38,013 bases of DNA, taken from Actinomycetota bacterium (GTDB lineage Bacteria; Actinomycetota; CADDZG01; JAHWKV01; JAOPZY01). Under the pieces are notes generated by a model. That model was not told the origin of the DNA and ran no database searches. It saw only the letters and a program-made list of their open reading frames with translations. Location of the stretch: NCBI GenBank assembly GCA_025963875.1, contig JAOPZY010000075.1, positions 1-38,013 on the forward strand. The letters are read 5' to 3'. Of this stretch, positions 1-8,551 are shown one piece after another (the first letter of the stretch is position 1; each line of letters starts with the position of its first letter). The position numbers were made by a program, and so were the translations under genes.

Positions 1-336
1 GTGGACGCATCGCCCGAGATGGTGGCCATCGCCCGGCACAACGCCCACGCCGAGGACCTCGACATCCACTTCCAGGTCGGGGATGCGGCCAAGCTCGGCT
101 TCGAGGACGCCGGCTTCGACCTCGTGCTGTCGCAGAACGCCCCGCCGTTCTGTGACGAGATGCTGCGCCTGCTGCGACCTCGGGGCAAGGCCCTGCTGGT
201 CTACTCCTTCGGGGGACCATGGGTCGAGCTGGCGTGGTCGCCAATCGCCAAACGCCTCGAGCGCTCCGGTGCCTCCCACGCCCGTGGCAAGCGGGCCGGC
301 TTCGGCTTCTACGGCATCGCCCGGAAGCGGGGGTAG
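1..336 (+). CDS. Class I SAM-dependent methyltransferase (5'-truncated by window edge)
   Basis: VDASPEMVAIAR...GDAAKLGFEDAGFDLVLS matches methyltransferase motifs II-IV. Confidence 0.85.
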   Translation: MDASPEMVAIARHNAHAEDLDIHFQVGDAAKLGFEDAGFDLVLSQNAPPFCDEMLRLLRPRGKALLVYSFGGPWVELAWSPIAKRLERSGASHARGKRAGFGFYGIARKRG

Positions 337-341
337 GAGCC

Positions 342-629
342 GTGACGGACCCGGGACACGAGGCGGCGGTTTTCTCGCAGTCGAGGCCCGGGACCGAGGC
401 GGTAACCCAGCGGATCGGGGCGCGCAGCGCCCAGGTCATCCTTGTGGCGCCGTCCGGCGAGTGGCTGCGAGAGGTCGTGACCTCGCTGGAGGAGGCGCGC
501 GCACTCTGCGAGCGCCTCGGCCTCGCGCATCACGACACGTGGCCGGAAGGGCTCCGCCGGGCGATGACCTCGTACCGGCGGTCGCCCGAGGACTGGGCCA
601 GGGCGCCCTACCCGGAGCGGCGCGCCTGA
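342..629 (+). CDS. Hypothetical protein (95 aa)
   Basis: GTG at 342 follows GGAG overlapping the previous stop; high-GC3 codon usage; followed by a hairpin at 641-663. Confidence 0.7.
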   Translation: MTDPGHEAAVFSQSRPGTEAVTQRIGARSAQVILVAPSGEWLREVVTSLEEARALCERLGLAHHDTWPEGLRRAMTSYRRSPEDWARAPYPERRA

Positions 630-640
630 CTGACGCGGCA

Positions 641-663
641 AGCCCGCGCACCTGGCGCGGGCT
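641..663 (+). terminator. GC-rich hairpin, probable terminator
   Basis: AGCCCGCGC-ACCTG-GCGCGGGCT just after the stop at 629. Confidence 0.5.
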
Positions 664-692
664 CAAGGGCCAATCAGCGCTACGTCAGAACG

Positions 693-720
693 AAAAAAGA
701 GCTAGTCGCTGGACTAGCTC
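693..720 (-). terminator. Rho-independent terminator of the 57-aa ORF
   Basis: Minus strand reads GAGCTAGTC-CAGC-GACTAGCTC-TTTTTT: a perfect 9-bp stem plus U-tract, overlapping the stop codon. Confidence 0.85.
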
Positions 721-887
721 CCCACTCCCACCGGTTCGGTGTCAGCGATTCGGTCCGATACCGTCTCTTCGAGCTGGCGGATGCGGTTCTCCAGAACCTG
801 GATTCGAATCGTCAGGTCGTTGAGGATCTGCGCCTGTGACTCGTAGCCAAGGTTGGCCCATGGTTCCTGGATATAGAGCTGCCTCAT
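714..887 (-). CDS. Small coiled-coil protein, 57 aa (MRQLYIQEPWANLGYESQAQILNDLTIRIQVLENRIRQLEETVSDRIADTEPVGVGS); not in the ORF track
   Basis: AGAAAGGGG RBS upstream of ATG, own terminator, heptad-patterned LNDLTIRIQVLENRIRQLEETV. Confidence 0.75.
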   Translation of the reverse strand: MRQLYIQEPWANLGYESQAQILNDLTIRIQVLENRIRQLEETVSDRIADTEPVGVGS

Positions 888-984
888 GAGATGAAACCCC
901 TTTCTGCCTCGGGCGGCCGCCGCTCAGGTGCGGCGACATTGACTGGACCCAAGGGGTGCGGATGTCGCTCAACAAACAACAAAC

Positions 985-1011
985 TTAGCACTTTCTTCCA
1001 TGGAGTGCCAG
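985..1011. promoter_or_regulatory. CIRCE-like operator (HrcA site)
   Basis: TTAGCACTT-N9-GAGTGCCAG versus consensus TTAGCACTC-N9-GAGTGCTAA; exact 9-nt spacer, 15/18 match. Confidence 0.7.
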
Positions 1012-1045
1012 CCCCCCGAGGGGGGTAGCCCGTCCGAAAAGGCGG

Positions 1046-1510
1046 TTACGGAGGCGACCCGGTCCCGGGCTCCCCACCGTCCACCATCCGGATGGCTTGC
1101 ACCTTGATCGGCGCCGCCCGCCGGCGTTCCACCTGTTCGCTGACCGCGATGAGCCGCGTGCGCATCCGCCGCCAGAAGGCCCACTTCACCATCGAGCGGA
1201 CGAACGGGACGAGCAGCAGGAGGCCGATGACATCGGTGATGAATCCGGGCACGAGCAGGATTGCCGCAGCGATGAGGACCAGCGCCCCGTCGAAGACCTC
1301 ACCGGAGGGGATGTCCCCGGCGGCAAGCGTGGCCCGGAAGCGCCGCCAGACCTCGATGCCCACCCGCTTCGCGAGCGCCGCTCCGAAGATGCTGACGGCG
1401 AACAGCAGGACCAGCATGGGAAGGATGCCGATCTGCTGGGCCACCCAGATCAGCGCGCTGAACTCGGCGACGGGAACAACCACCAGCAGCAGGACGAGGA
1501 AGACCATCAC
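1046..1510 (-). CDS. fxsA: FxsA family membrane protein
   Basis: VPVAEFSALIWVAQQIG and LLVPGFITDVIGLLLLVPFVR are typical FxsA motifs. Confidence 0.9.
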   Translation of the reverse strand: MMVFLVLLLVVVPVAEFSALIWVAQQIGILPMLVLLFAVSIFGAALAKRVGIEVWRRFRATLAAGDIPSGEVFDGALVLIAAAILLVPGFITDVIGLLLLVPFVRSMVKWAFWRRMRTRLIAVSEQVERRRAAPIKVQAIRMVDGGEPGTGSPP

Positions 1511-1516
1511 AACTGC

Positions 1517-1523
1517 TAGCGTA
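1517..1523. promoter_or_regulatory. Overlapping back-to-back -10 hexamers (bidirectional leaderless promoter)
   Basis: Plus-strand TAGCGT (1517-1522) is 7 nt from ATG 1530; minus-strand TACGCT (1523-1518) is 7 nt from GTG 1510; neither gene has an RBS. Confidence 0.65.
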
Positions 1524-1529
1524 CCTCGT

Positions 1530-2189
1530 ATGTCAGCGGTCTCCGTTCCACCCGCCTCCTCGTCGACGCTGCGCCGCCTGACCGCCGCGCGCGTCCGGGA
1601 GCTCCTCGCCGGGGACGCCCTGGCGATCGACCTCCGGCCGATCGGCGACTACCTGGCGGGCCACATCCACGGCAGCATCCCGCTGCTGTTCGAGGCGGGG
1701 CCCGGGCTCGGGGGCCGCGCGAGAGACCTGCTCCCGCTGGACGCCCGCCTGGTGCTGCTCGATGACGACGTCTCACCCGTCGAGCGGGCCGCCGACTCGT
1801 TCCGGGGCAAGGGATTCGACGTGGTGGGGGTGCTCGCTGGCGGTACCAACTCCTGGCCGGATCCCCTCGTCACGACGCCGGTCATCCAGCTCGCCGAGGC
1901 CCCCGATGTCCTGGCCCTGATCGACGTCTCGGATCCCGGAACGGCGCTCCCGCCGGGGCACGGCGTCGGCGCCAGCATTCCGGTCGAGCGCCTCTGGGAG
2001 GAGTCCGGTGAACTGGGCCGCAACTGGGACCTCGGTGTCCTCGCGGGCTATGGGGTCCGGGCGGCCGCGGCGGTCGGCATCCTCGAGAAGCTCGGGTTCA
2101 CCAAGCTGACCTTCGTCAGGACCCGCCGTCCGGGCGAGCGACCCCCGATGGCACCACCCATCGTGTTCCGGGCAGGGGGCCCGCCGTAA
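1530..2189 (+). CDS. Tandem rhodanese-like domain protein lacking cysteine
   Basis: IDLRPIGDYLAGHIHGSI and LAGGTNSW rhodanese motifs; second domain IDVSDP...LAGYGVRAAAAVGILEKLGF. Confidence 0.8.
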   Translation: MSAVSVPPASSSTLRRLTAARVRELLAGDALAIDLRPIGDYLAGHIHGSIPLLFEAGPGLGGRARDLLPLDARLVLLDDDVSPVERAADSFRGKGFDVVGVLAGGTNSWPDPLVTTPVIQLAEAPDVLALIDVSDPGTALPPGHGVGASIPVERLWEESGELGRNWDLGVLAGYGVRAAAAVGILEKLGFTKLTFVRTRRPGERPPMAPPIVFRAGGPP

Positions 2190-2198
2190 GACCCCTGG

Positions 2199-2816
2199 TC
2201 AGCCTTCGGTCTCGACGCCTTTGGCGATGAGGTAGCCGCGGGCCCGCTCGGTGAGCGGATACCGTTCGACGAGAGCCCAGAACTTCGGGGAGTGGTTGGG
2301 CACGAGCAGGTGGGCCAGCTCGTGGACCAGGACGTAGTCCCGCACCCAGCCCGGCATGTCGAGCAGCGACTCGGAGAGCCGGATAGCGCCGGTGCCGACC
2401 GTGCACGAGCCGTAGCGGCTGTTCTGGTTGCCCACGTAGTTCAGCGATGACCACTTGAGCTTGCCGCCGAAGTACCGCTTGTTCATCTCCTGCGCCCGCC
2501 GTTCCAGCTCGCCGGAGGAGTTCTGGTGGCGCCGGCGTTCCCGTGACTCCAGCCGCCGGCGCATCCGCTCCACCCACACGGCCTCCTCGGCCTGGGACAT
2601 GCGGGCCGGAAGGAACACGATCAGGTTGCCGGCCTCCAGGCGGGCCGCCACGGTACGCTTCCGCCGGGCCGACCGGCGGACCTCGACCGAGTGGACCAGG
2701 ACGGCGCCACCGGCCTCCCTGGTCGACGTCGGGGGGCCTTCAGCAGGGTCGTAGGAAGGCAGGGGGAGCTGGGCGGGAGCGGGGGCCGGAACGGGAGCCG
2801 GGCTCGAGCGGGTCAT
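2199..2816 (-). CDS. M48/YgjP (DUF45) family zinc metallopeptidase
   Basis: [28 protein letters not shown]...HSPKFW; start placed at ATG 2816, 7 nt after TATACT. Confidence 0.9.
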   Translation of the reverse strand: MTRSSPAPVPAPAPAQLPLPSYDPAEGPPTSTREAGGAVLVHSVEVRRSARRKRTVAARLEAGNLIVFLPARMSQAEEAVWVERMRRRLESRERRRHQNSSGELERRAQEMNKRYFGGKLKWSSLNYVGNQNSRYGSCTVGTGAIRLSESLLDMPGWVRDYVLVHELAHLLVPNHSPKFWALVERYPLTERARGYLIAKGVETEG

Positions 2817-2917
2817 TCGACCGAGTATAGGCACAAGATCGACGGGTCGGGCGTCAATTTCCGGACGGGTCGAGCGTTCGATCCGGCCCTCAGGCGCCGC
2901 GAAGGGGGAGGAGGCAG

Positions 2918-3442
2918 ATGCACGAGTTCGCCATCACGGCCATCGGCCAGGACCGGCCCGGCATCGTGGCCGGTTTCACGGAGGTGCTCCTTGCCCTCGG
3001 CTGCAACCTGGCCGATTGCTCGATGAGCCTGCTGCGCAACGAGTTCGCCATGATCCTCCTGGTCGAGTCGCCGCAGGAGGTCGGCGCCGATCGGCTCAAC
3101 ACCGCCCTGGAGGAACCGGCCCGGCGCTTCGACCTCGTCGTGACCACGAGGGAGTTCGAGGACGTGCCTGGTCCCGAGGGCGACGTCCCCTTCGTCGTGT
3201 CCGTGTACGGCAAGGACCGCCCCGGGATCGTCCACGCGGTCTCGAGGGCCCTGGCCGACATGGACGTCAACATCACGGACCTGCGCAGCCACCTGGTCGG
3301 CGGCGACCTCTACGCCATGATCCTCGACGTCGCCGTGCCGCCGGCCCTCGCGCCGGAGGAGGTGGCCGCCCGCCTCCAGGCCATCTCCCGGGACCTCGGT
3401 GTCAGCCTGACCTTCCGCTCCACCGAGGCCGCCGAGCTGTAG
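2918..3442 (+). CDS. Double ACT-domain protein (GcvR-like)
   Basis: [14 protein letters not shown] and [19 protein letters not shown] motifs; GGAGG RBS. Confidence 0.9.
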   Translation: MHEFAITAIGQDRPGIVAGFTEVLLALGCNLADCSMSLLRNEFAMILLVESPQEVGADRLNTALEEPARRFDLVVTTREFEDVPGPEGDVPFVVSVYGKDRPGIVHAVSRALADMDVNITDLRSHLVGGDLYAMILDVAVPPALAPEEVAARLQAISRDLGVSLTFRSTEAAEL

Positions 3443-3460
3443 GCCGGGAACCTCTGCCTC

Positions 3461-3958
3461 ATGCCCGTCCGGCCGGTGCTCATCTATCCCCACCCGATGC
3501 TCAAGTCGGTGGCGGCGGCCTGCGAGTACGTCGACGACGAGATCCGGGCACTGGCAGTCGACCTGCTCGAGACCATGCGGCACTACCCCCGGACCGTGGG
3601 CCTCGCAGCGCCCCAGATCGGCGTGCCGCTGCGCCTCATCGCCGTGGACGTGACCGGTCACCCCAAGGCGACGGTCTGCCACGGGCCCATGGTGATCGTC
3701 AATCCCGAAGTGGTGACCGGCGAGGGCTCCGAGATCGGGCGCGAAGGGTGCCTCTCGCTGCCGAGCATCACGGCGGACGTTCGGAGGGCCAAACGCATCT
3801 TCGTCAAGGGCTTCACCCTCGCCGGCGACGAGGTGAGCGCCGAGACCTCCGGGTTCGAGGCGAGGGCCATCCAGCACGAGGTCGACCACCTCGACGGCAT
3901 CCTGATCCTCGACCGGGTCGCCTCGCCGGCGGAGGTCTTCCCCCGCCGCCAGAAGTAG
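3461..3958 (+). CDS. def: Peptide deformylase
   Basis: GLAAPQIG, EGCLS and QHEVDHLDG signatures. Confidence 0.95.
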   Translation: MPVRPVLIYPHPMLKSVAAACEYVDDEIRALAVDLLETMRHYPRTVGLAAPQIGVPLRLIAVDVTGHPKATVCHGPMVIVNPEVVTGEGSEIGREGCLSLPSITADVRRAKRIFVKGFTLAGDEVSAETSGFEARAIQHEVDHLDGILILDRVASPAEVFPRRQK

Positions 3959-3976
3959 GAGGCCGGAGAGCCGGCT

Positions 3977-4990
3977 TCAGCGGCCGAAGGCCTCCAGGAT
4001 CGCCAGGTGGTTCTCCAGGAGCCGGCCCGGGTCCACGCGCCACCACGGCCCCCCGAGCAGCAGCTCGCCCGCCAGGCCGTCGAATCGCTTCGCCTTCTCG
4101 ACGACCTCGTCCGCCGTCCCGTAGAGGGCGTAGGTCTCGGCCATCTCCTCGGTGACGAGCGAGGCCAGCCGGTCCATGTCCCGGTCCGCGTACGCCCGGC
4201 GCAGCTCCGGGACGACACCTTCGAAGCCGTGGAGGGCCAGGATCGGCTCGTAGGTGCGGGTGGTGGCGTAGAACCCGATCTGCTGGGCCACCTCACGCCG
4301 CGCCAGCTCCCGGTCGCCGGACATCGAGATGAGGACGGTCTGCACCAGCTCCACGTCCGCCGGGGGCCGTCCCGCCTTGGCGGCCCCCTCGGCGATGGAC
4401 GGCAGCACGACCTCACGGATGTAGCGTGGGGACGTGAGCGGGTGTCCGATCACCCCGTCGGCCACCTCGCCCGCGGCCTGCAGCATGCGGCGGTTCACAG
4501 CGGCGAACAGGATCGGCACGGCCGGCCGCACCGGGGGCGGCATGCGGGGCCAGGGCGCCATCGTGACCTGGTAGAAGCGGCCCTGGAACCGGGGCTCCTG
4601 CCCGAAGTAGCCGCCCCAGAAGGCCCGGACGGCGAGGGCGTACTCCCGCATCTTCGGAGCCGGGTGCTCGAACGGCGTCGAGAACCGCTGCTCGTTCACC
4701 CGCTTCACCTGCGGGCCGAGCCCGAGGGCGAACCGGCCGCCGGAGAGCTCGTCCACATCGACGGCGGTCATCGCCGTGATGCCCGGGGACCGGGGGAATG
4801 CGAGGGCGATGGCCGTCCCGATGCGGACCCGGCTGGTGGCCTGGGAGGCGAGGGCCGCCTGGATGAAGGGGTTGGACGTCGTCTCGGTGGTCCAGACGGA
4901 ATCGAAGCCCCGGTCCTCGATGGCCTTCGCCAGCGGGCCGATGGCCTGCAGCGGACCTCCGACCGGCATCCCATAGCGCACGCCGCCCAT
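3977..4990 (-). CDS. LLM class (probably F420-dependent) oxidoreductase
   Basis: GFDSVWTTE, IGTAIALAFPRSP, SGGRFALGLG, AGEVADGVIGHP. Confidence 0.9.
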   Translation of the reverse strand: MGGVRYGMPVGGPLQAIGPLAKAIEDRGFDSVWTTETTSNPFIQAALASQATSRVRIGTAIALAFPRSPGITAMTAVDVDELSGGRFALGLGPQVKRVNEQRFSTPFEHPAPKMREYALAVRAFWGGYFGQEPRFQGRFYQVTMAPWPRMPPPVRPAVPILFAAVNRRMLQAAGEVADGVIGHPLTSPRYIREVVLPSIAEGAAKAGRPPADVELVQTVLISMSGDRELARREVAQQIGFYATTRTYEPILALHGFEGVVPELRRAYADRDMDRLASLVTEEMAETYALYGTADEVVEKAKRFDGLAGELLLGGPWWRVDPGRLLENHLAILEAFGR

Positions 4991-5020
4991 TCTCCCTCCG
5001 GCCGGGCGGGGTGGTGCGGA

Positions 5021-5036
5021 ACGAACACATGTTCTA
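5021..5036. promoter_or_regulatory. SOS box (LexA operator) overlapping the promoter of the radical SAM gene
   Basis: ACGAAC-ACAT-GTTCTA matches actinobacterial TCGAAC-N4-GTTCGA; abuts -10 TACACT (5035-5040), 6 nt before ATG 5047. Confidence 0.85.
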
Positions 5037-5046
5037 CACTCCGGGG

Positions 5047-7098
5047 ATGCGATGGGACAACCTCCTCGCCGGCCAGGACGCCGGGAAGGACGACGACGGA
5101 GAAACCGAGAGGGCCGTGCTGCCCCTCTTTCCGGGCGAAGCGATCGTGCGCCGCTTCAAGACCCCCCAGTTCCGCGGGATGACGTTCTACGAGGTGGCGG
5201 CGAAGAGCATCATCAACCACGTCCCCGGCGACCGCTTCGGCTTCAACTGGACCATCAACCCGTTCCGGGGGTGCAGCCACGCTTGTACCTATTGCCTCCA
5301 GGGCGACACCCCGATCCTCATGGCCACGGGGCGGACGAAGCCGCTCGCCGACATCGGACCGGGCGACGAGATCTACGGCACCGGGACGAGCGGCTTGTCC
5401 ACCCGTTTCGTCAAGACGGTGGTCAGCGACCACTGGAGCACGGTGAAGCCGGCCTACCGGGTGACGCTCGAGGACGGCACGCAGTTGGTGACGAGCGCGG
5501 ACCACCGCTTTCTCGCCGAGGGGGAATGGAGACACGTCGCCGGGGTCGGCGAGAACGGGGCGCAGCGCCCGATCCTGGCTCCCGGCACCAGGCTCACGGG
5601 GACCGGCACGTTCCCCGAGACGCCGCCCCACGACGTCGACTACCGGCGGGGCTACGTCCGGGGGCTCTTCGGCAGGAACGCCGCCCGCAACCGGGGCATG
5701 GCATTCGACACCGAGGCTGAGGAACGCGTCCGGGCGTACCTGCGCGAGGGCCTCGGCGTCCGGGAGCCGGCCGAGGCAGACGCCGGTCAGAGCCAGGAAA
5801 GGCCGCCGCTGCCGGTGAGGCAGTACGCCGGCTTCCTCGCAGGCGTCTACGACGCGACGGGTAGCTACTCCGACGCCGTCCGGCTCGAGCCCGATCCCGG
5901 GGAGACCCCCGCCGTCAGCCATTGCCTCGACGAGCTTGGTTTCCAGTGGCGCCAGGACGACCTGAGGAGCCGCCCCTGTGTCCGCCTCGCCGGGGGCCTG
6001 GAGGCGGCGATGCGGTTCTTCCTCACCGTCGACCCCGCCGTCGTGAGAAAGCGCAACTTCGACGGCGTCCCCATCGAGAGCGGGCGATCGCCACGGGTCG
6101 TCTCCGTCGAGGCGCTCGGCGTCGACCTGCCGCTCTACGACATCACGACCGGCACCGGGGACTTCATCGCGGACGGGGTCGTGAGCCACAACTGCTTCGC
6201 CCGGCCGACCCACACCTACCTCGACTTCGACGCCGGGCGGGACTTCGAGGCGAAGATCGTCGTCAAGGTCAACGCCGGGGAGGTGCTGCGCCGGGAGCTT
6301 CGGCGGGCGTCGTGGAAGGGCGAGCTCATCGCCATGGGAACCAACACGGATCCCTACCAGCGGGCCGAGGGCCACTACAAGCTGATGCGGGCCATCCTCA
6401 CCGAGCTCAACGCCGCCCGGAACCCGTACTCGATCCTCACCAAAGGGACCCTCATCCAGCGAGACCTCGATCTGCTCGTGGAGGGCGCCTCGGTCACCGA
6501 AGTGAGCGCCAACTTCTCGGTGGGGACGGTCGACGAGAAGGTCTGGGAGACCACCGAGCCCGGGACGCCCCACCCGATGAAGCGGCTGGAGGTCGTGAAG
6601 ATGTTGAACGACGCCGGCATCCCCTGCGGCGTCCTCATGGCCCCCATCCTGCCCGGCATCTCGGACCGTCCGGAGCAGCTGGAGGCCACGGTCAAAGCGG
6701 CGGCCGAGGCGGGCGCCACCCATGTCACGCCCCTCACCCTGCACCTTCGGCCAGGCGTCAAGGAGGAGTTCCTGCCGTGGCTCGCCGAGCACCATCCCGA
6801 GCTGGTCTCGACCTACGGCAAGGCCTACCGCCGCTCCTATGCGCCGAAGGAGGTCACCGAGCCCATCGGGCGGCAGGTCGCCGAGCTGCGAAGGCGCTAC
6901 GGCGTCGCCCGGACCCGCCCCAGCGGGGGCCGGGGAGGCGCTCCCCCGCCGGGGTCGTCGGGGTCGTCGCCCGAGGATCCGCCACAGCACGACCCCGCGG
7001 AGGCGGAGGAGTCCACCGAGCAGATGTCACTCGACCTGGGAGTCGCCCCGCCCCGGAAGGCACCGGCCCGGACGACCATCCGGAGCCGGCCCGGCTAG
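5047..7098 (+). CDS. Intein-containing Rv2578c-family radical SAM protein (SplB-like)
   Basis: MRWDNL start; WTINPFRGCSHACTY|intein|CFARPTH; GTNTDPYQRAEG; ILTKGTLI. Confidence 0.92.
   Translation: MRWDNLLAGQDAGKDDDGETERAVLPLFPGEAIVRRFKTPQFRGMTFYEVAAKSIINHVPGDRFGFNWTINPFRGCSHACTYCLQGDTPILMATGRTKPLADIGPGDEIYGTGTSGLSTRFVKTVVSDHWSTVKPAYRVTLEDGTQLVTSADHRFLAEGEWRHVAGVGENGAQRPILAPGTRLTGTGTFPETPPHDVDYRRGYVRGLFGRNAARNRGMAFDTEAEERVRAYLREGLGVREPAEADAGQSQERPPLPVRQYAGFLAGVYDATGSYSDAVRLEPDPGETPAVSHCLDELGFQWRQDDLRSRPCVRLAGGLEAAMRFFLTVDPAVVRKRNFDGVPIESGRSPRVVSVEALGVDLPLYDITTGTGDFIADGVVSHNCFARPTHTYLDFDAGRDFEAKIVVKVNAGEVLRRELRRASWKGELIAMGTNTDPYQRAEGHYKLMRAILTELNAARNPYSILTKGTLIQRDLDLLVEGASVTEVSANFSVGTVDEKVWETTEPGTPHPMKRLEVVKMLNDAGIPCGVLMAPILPGISDRPEQLEATVKAAAEAGATHVTPLTLHLRPGVKEEFLPWLAEHHPELVSTYGKAYRRSYAPKEVTEPIGRQVAELRRRYGVARTRPSGGRGGAPPPGSSGSSPEDPPQHDPAEAEESTEQMSLDLGVAPPRKAPARTTIRSRPG
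5293..6192 (+). mobile_element. Intein (300 aa) with degenerate LAGLIDADG endonuclease
   Basis: Begins CLQGDTPI (block A), TSADHRFL (block B), YDITTGTGDFIADGVVSHN then C+1 (blocks F/G); LAGLIDADG-like GYVRGLFGRNA and GFLAGVYDATGS. Confidence 0.93.
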
Positions 7099-7181
7099 GG
7101 GGCGCTCGTTCGCCCGGCTTGAAACACCCAAACGTGTCGGCCACCTATCCGAGCGCGGTCACCGTGGTACCGTGCCTGGCC

Positions 7182-8486
7182 GTGACGTTCGAGGAAGAAC
7201 TTGTGCTCGCCCTCTGGACCAGCGAAGCGGCACGGTCCACCGTTCTCGGGATGCGGGGCCACACCGGTGCATCGGTTCGGGTAGCCGGCCGCGCCCGTAT
7301 CCTGGCCACCCGCTGTTCCGAGCTCGGCGTTGCCCTGCGGACCGACTTCGCCGGGGAACATGCGCGGTGGATGGGCCAGGTGGCGGGCTACCCGGAGGAC
7401 ACCGGGGCACTCGGCTGGTTCTTCCTGCAACGGCTGGGGGCGTACGTCGACCTCCACAGCGAGGCCGTCCTGCCCAAGGGCTACTGGTCCCGCCTCGTGG
7501 AACTCGGGGCCCAGGACGGCAAGGACGTCGGAGAGGCACTGATGCGCGACGGCCTCCCGCCTCCCCCGCCCGCGGAGTGGCCAGGGGTGCAAGCGGCGAC
7601 CGCCCCCGGCGAGGTCCACACGCGCATCGGCGTCATCGGCGACCCCCACGTGGGCAGCACCATGGGCGACAAGTTCCTCCCGCCCGTCATCGACGAGATG
7701 AACAAGCAGGGCGTCGATTTCTCCGTCGCCATCGGCGACCTCACGCAGAGCGGGAGGGAGGAGCACTTCCGGCAGATCAAGGGCGAGCTGGACCGGCTAG
7801 CCTCGCCCTACGAGGTCACCCTGGGCAACCACGACATGTGGGGCGGCGGCACGCCGTCGGCGGTGGGGCAGCAACGCTTCGAGTCGATCTTCGCCCGGAG
7901 GCCCTTCGGCGTCCACGACACCGGCAAGGCGCGGGTGATCCTGCTCAACTCGGCCGACCCCCGGGAGTCGCCGTTCCCGCCCTTCGACCTCATCACGGGG
8001 ACATTCACCAGCGAGCCCAACGAGGCAGTCCCGGGTGGCTCGTTCTCCGAGGAGACGGTGGCGTTCGCCGAGAGCCTCGGCCGCGACGGCCCGACCTTGA
8101 TCGTCCTGCACCACCCGCCCTACCCGTACCTCGGCTTCCCGGCCCTCATGTTCGGCCTCGACGAGCGGTCGACCGGCGTGCTGCGAGACCTGGCCAGGCG
8201 GACGAAGGCCTGGGGCATCATCGCCGGCCACACCCACCGCTCGGCCCTCTCCGAGCTCGACGGCGTCCCGGTCCTCGAGGTGCCGTCGCCCAAGGAATGG
8301 CCCTACGGCTACGGCATCGTCGAGATGTCCGACGAGGGGTGGGCCTTCAACCTCCATCCGGCAGGCGATGAGGCACTTGTCGCCGAGTCAAGCGGATCCG
8401 CCAATGTCGTGATCCGTCGCTACTCACGGGGGCCGGACGAGGCCCGGGCGTTCTCGGCTGCCGCCCCCGGGCCGAGCAGAGGTTAG
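7182..8486 (+). CDS. Calcineurin-like metallophosphoesterase with ~140-aa N-terminal helical extension
   Basis: GDPH, GDLT, GNHD, LHHPP and GHTH motifs; start inferred at GTG 7182, 8 nt after TACCGT. Confidence 0.85.
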   Translation: MTFEEELVLALWTSEAARSTVLGMRGHTGASVRVAGRARILATRCSELGVALRTDFAGEHARWMGQVAGYPEDTGALGWFFLQRLGAYVDLHSEAVLPKGYWSRLVELGAQDGKDVGEALMRDGLPPPPPAEWPGVQAATAPGEVHTRIGVIGDPHVGSTMGDKFLPPVIDEMNKQGVDFSVAIGDLTQSGREEHFRQIKGELDRLASPYEVTLGNHDMWGGGTPSAVGQQRFESIFARRPFGVHDTGKARVILLNSADPRESPFPPFDLITGTFTSEPNEAVPGGSFSEETVAFAESLGRDGPTLIVLHHPPYPYLGFPALMFGLDERSTGVLRDLARRTKAWGIIAGHTHRSALSELDGVPVLEVPSPKEWPYGYGIVEMSDEGWAFNLHPAGDEALVAESSGSANVVIRRYSRGPDEARAFSAAAPGPSRG

Positions 8487-8533
8487 TCGCCTTTCGCGCA
8501 AATGCGCGCGCTGTGCTCCTAACTTCGGCGGCC
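8479..8533 (-). repeat. Solo copy of a REP-like palindromic repeat (family at 13804-14047)
   Basis: Reverse complement GGCCGCCGAAGTTAGGAGCACAGCGCGCGCATTTGCGCGAAAGGCGACTAACCTC is near-identical to 13893-13947. Confidence 0.9.
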
Positions 8534-8551
8534 ACCAAAGGTGCCCGGGCA

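Noticed and set aside
742..1184. ORF-track calls 742-975 and 969-1184
   Set aside because: No RBS or motifs; the 714-887 frame has the RBS, terminator and protein-like composition.
5922..7181. N-terminal half of the 854-aa ORF, and similar long N-terminal extensions at 1092, 9403, 21984, 24365, 33204 and 35435
   Set aside because: They overlap genuine genes in other frames and have low-complexity Arg/Pro-rich sequence; the real starts lie downstream.
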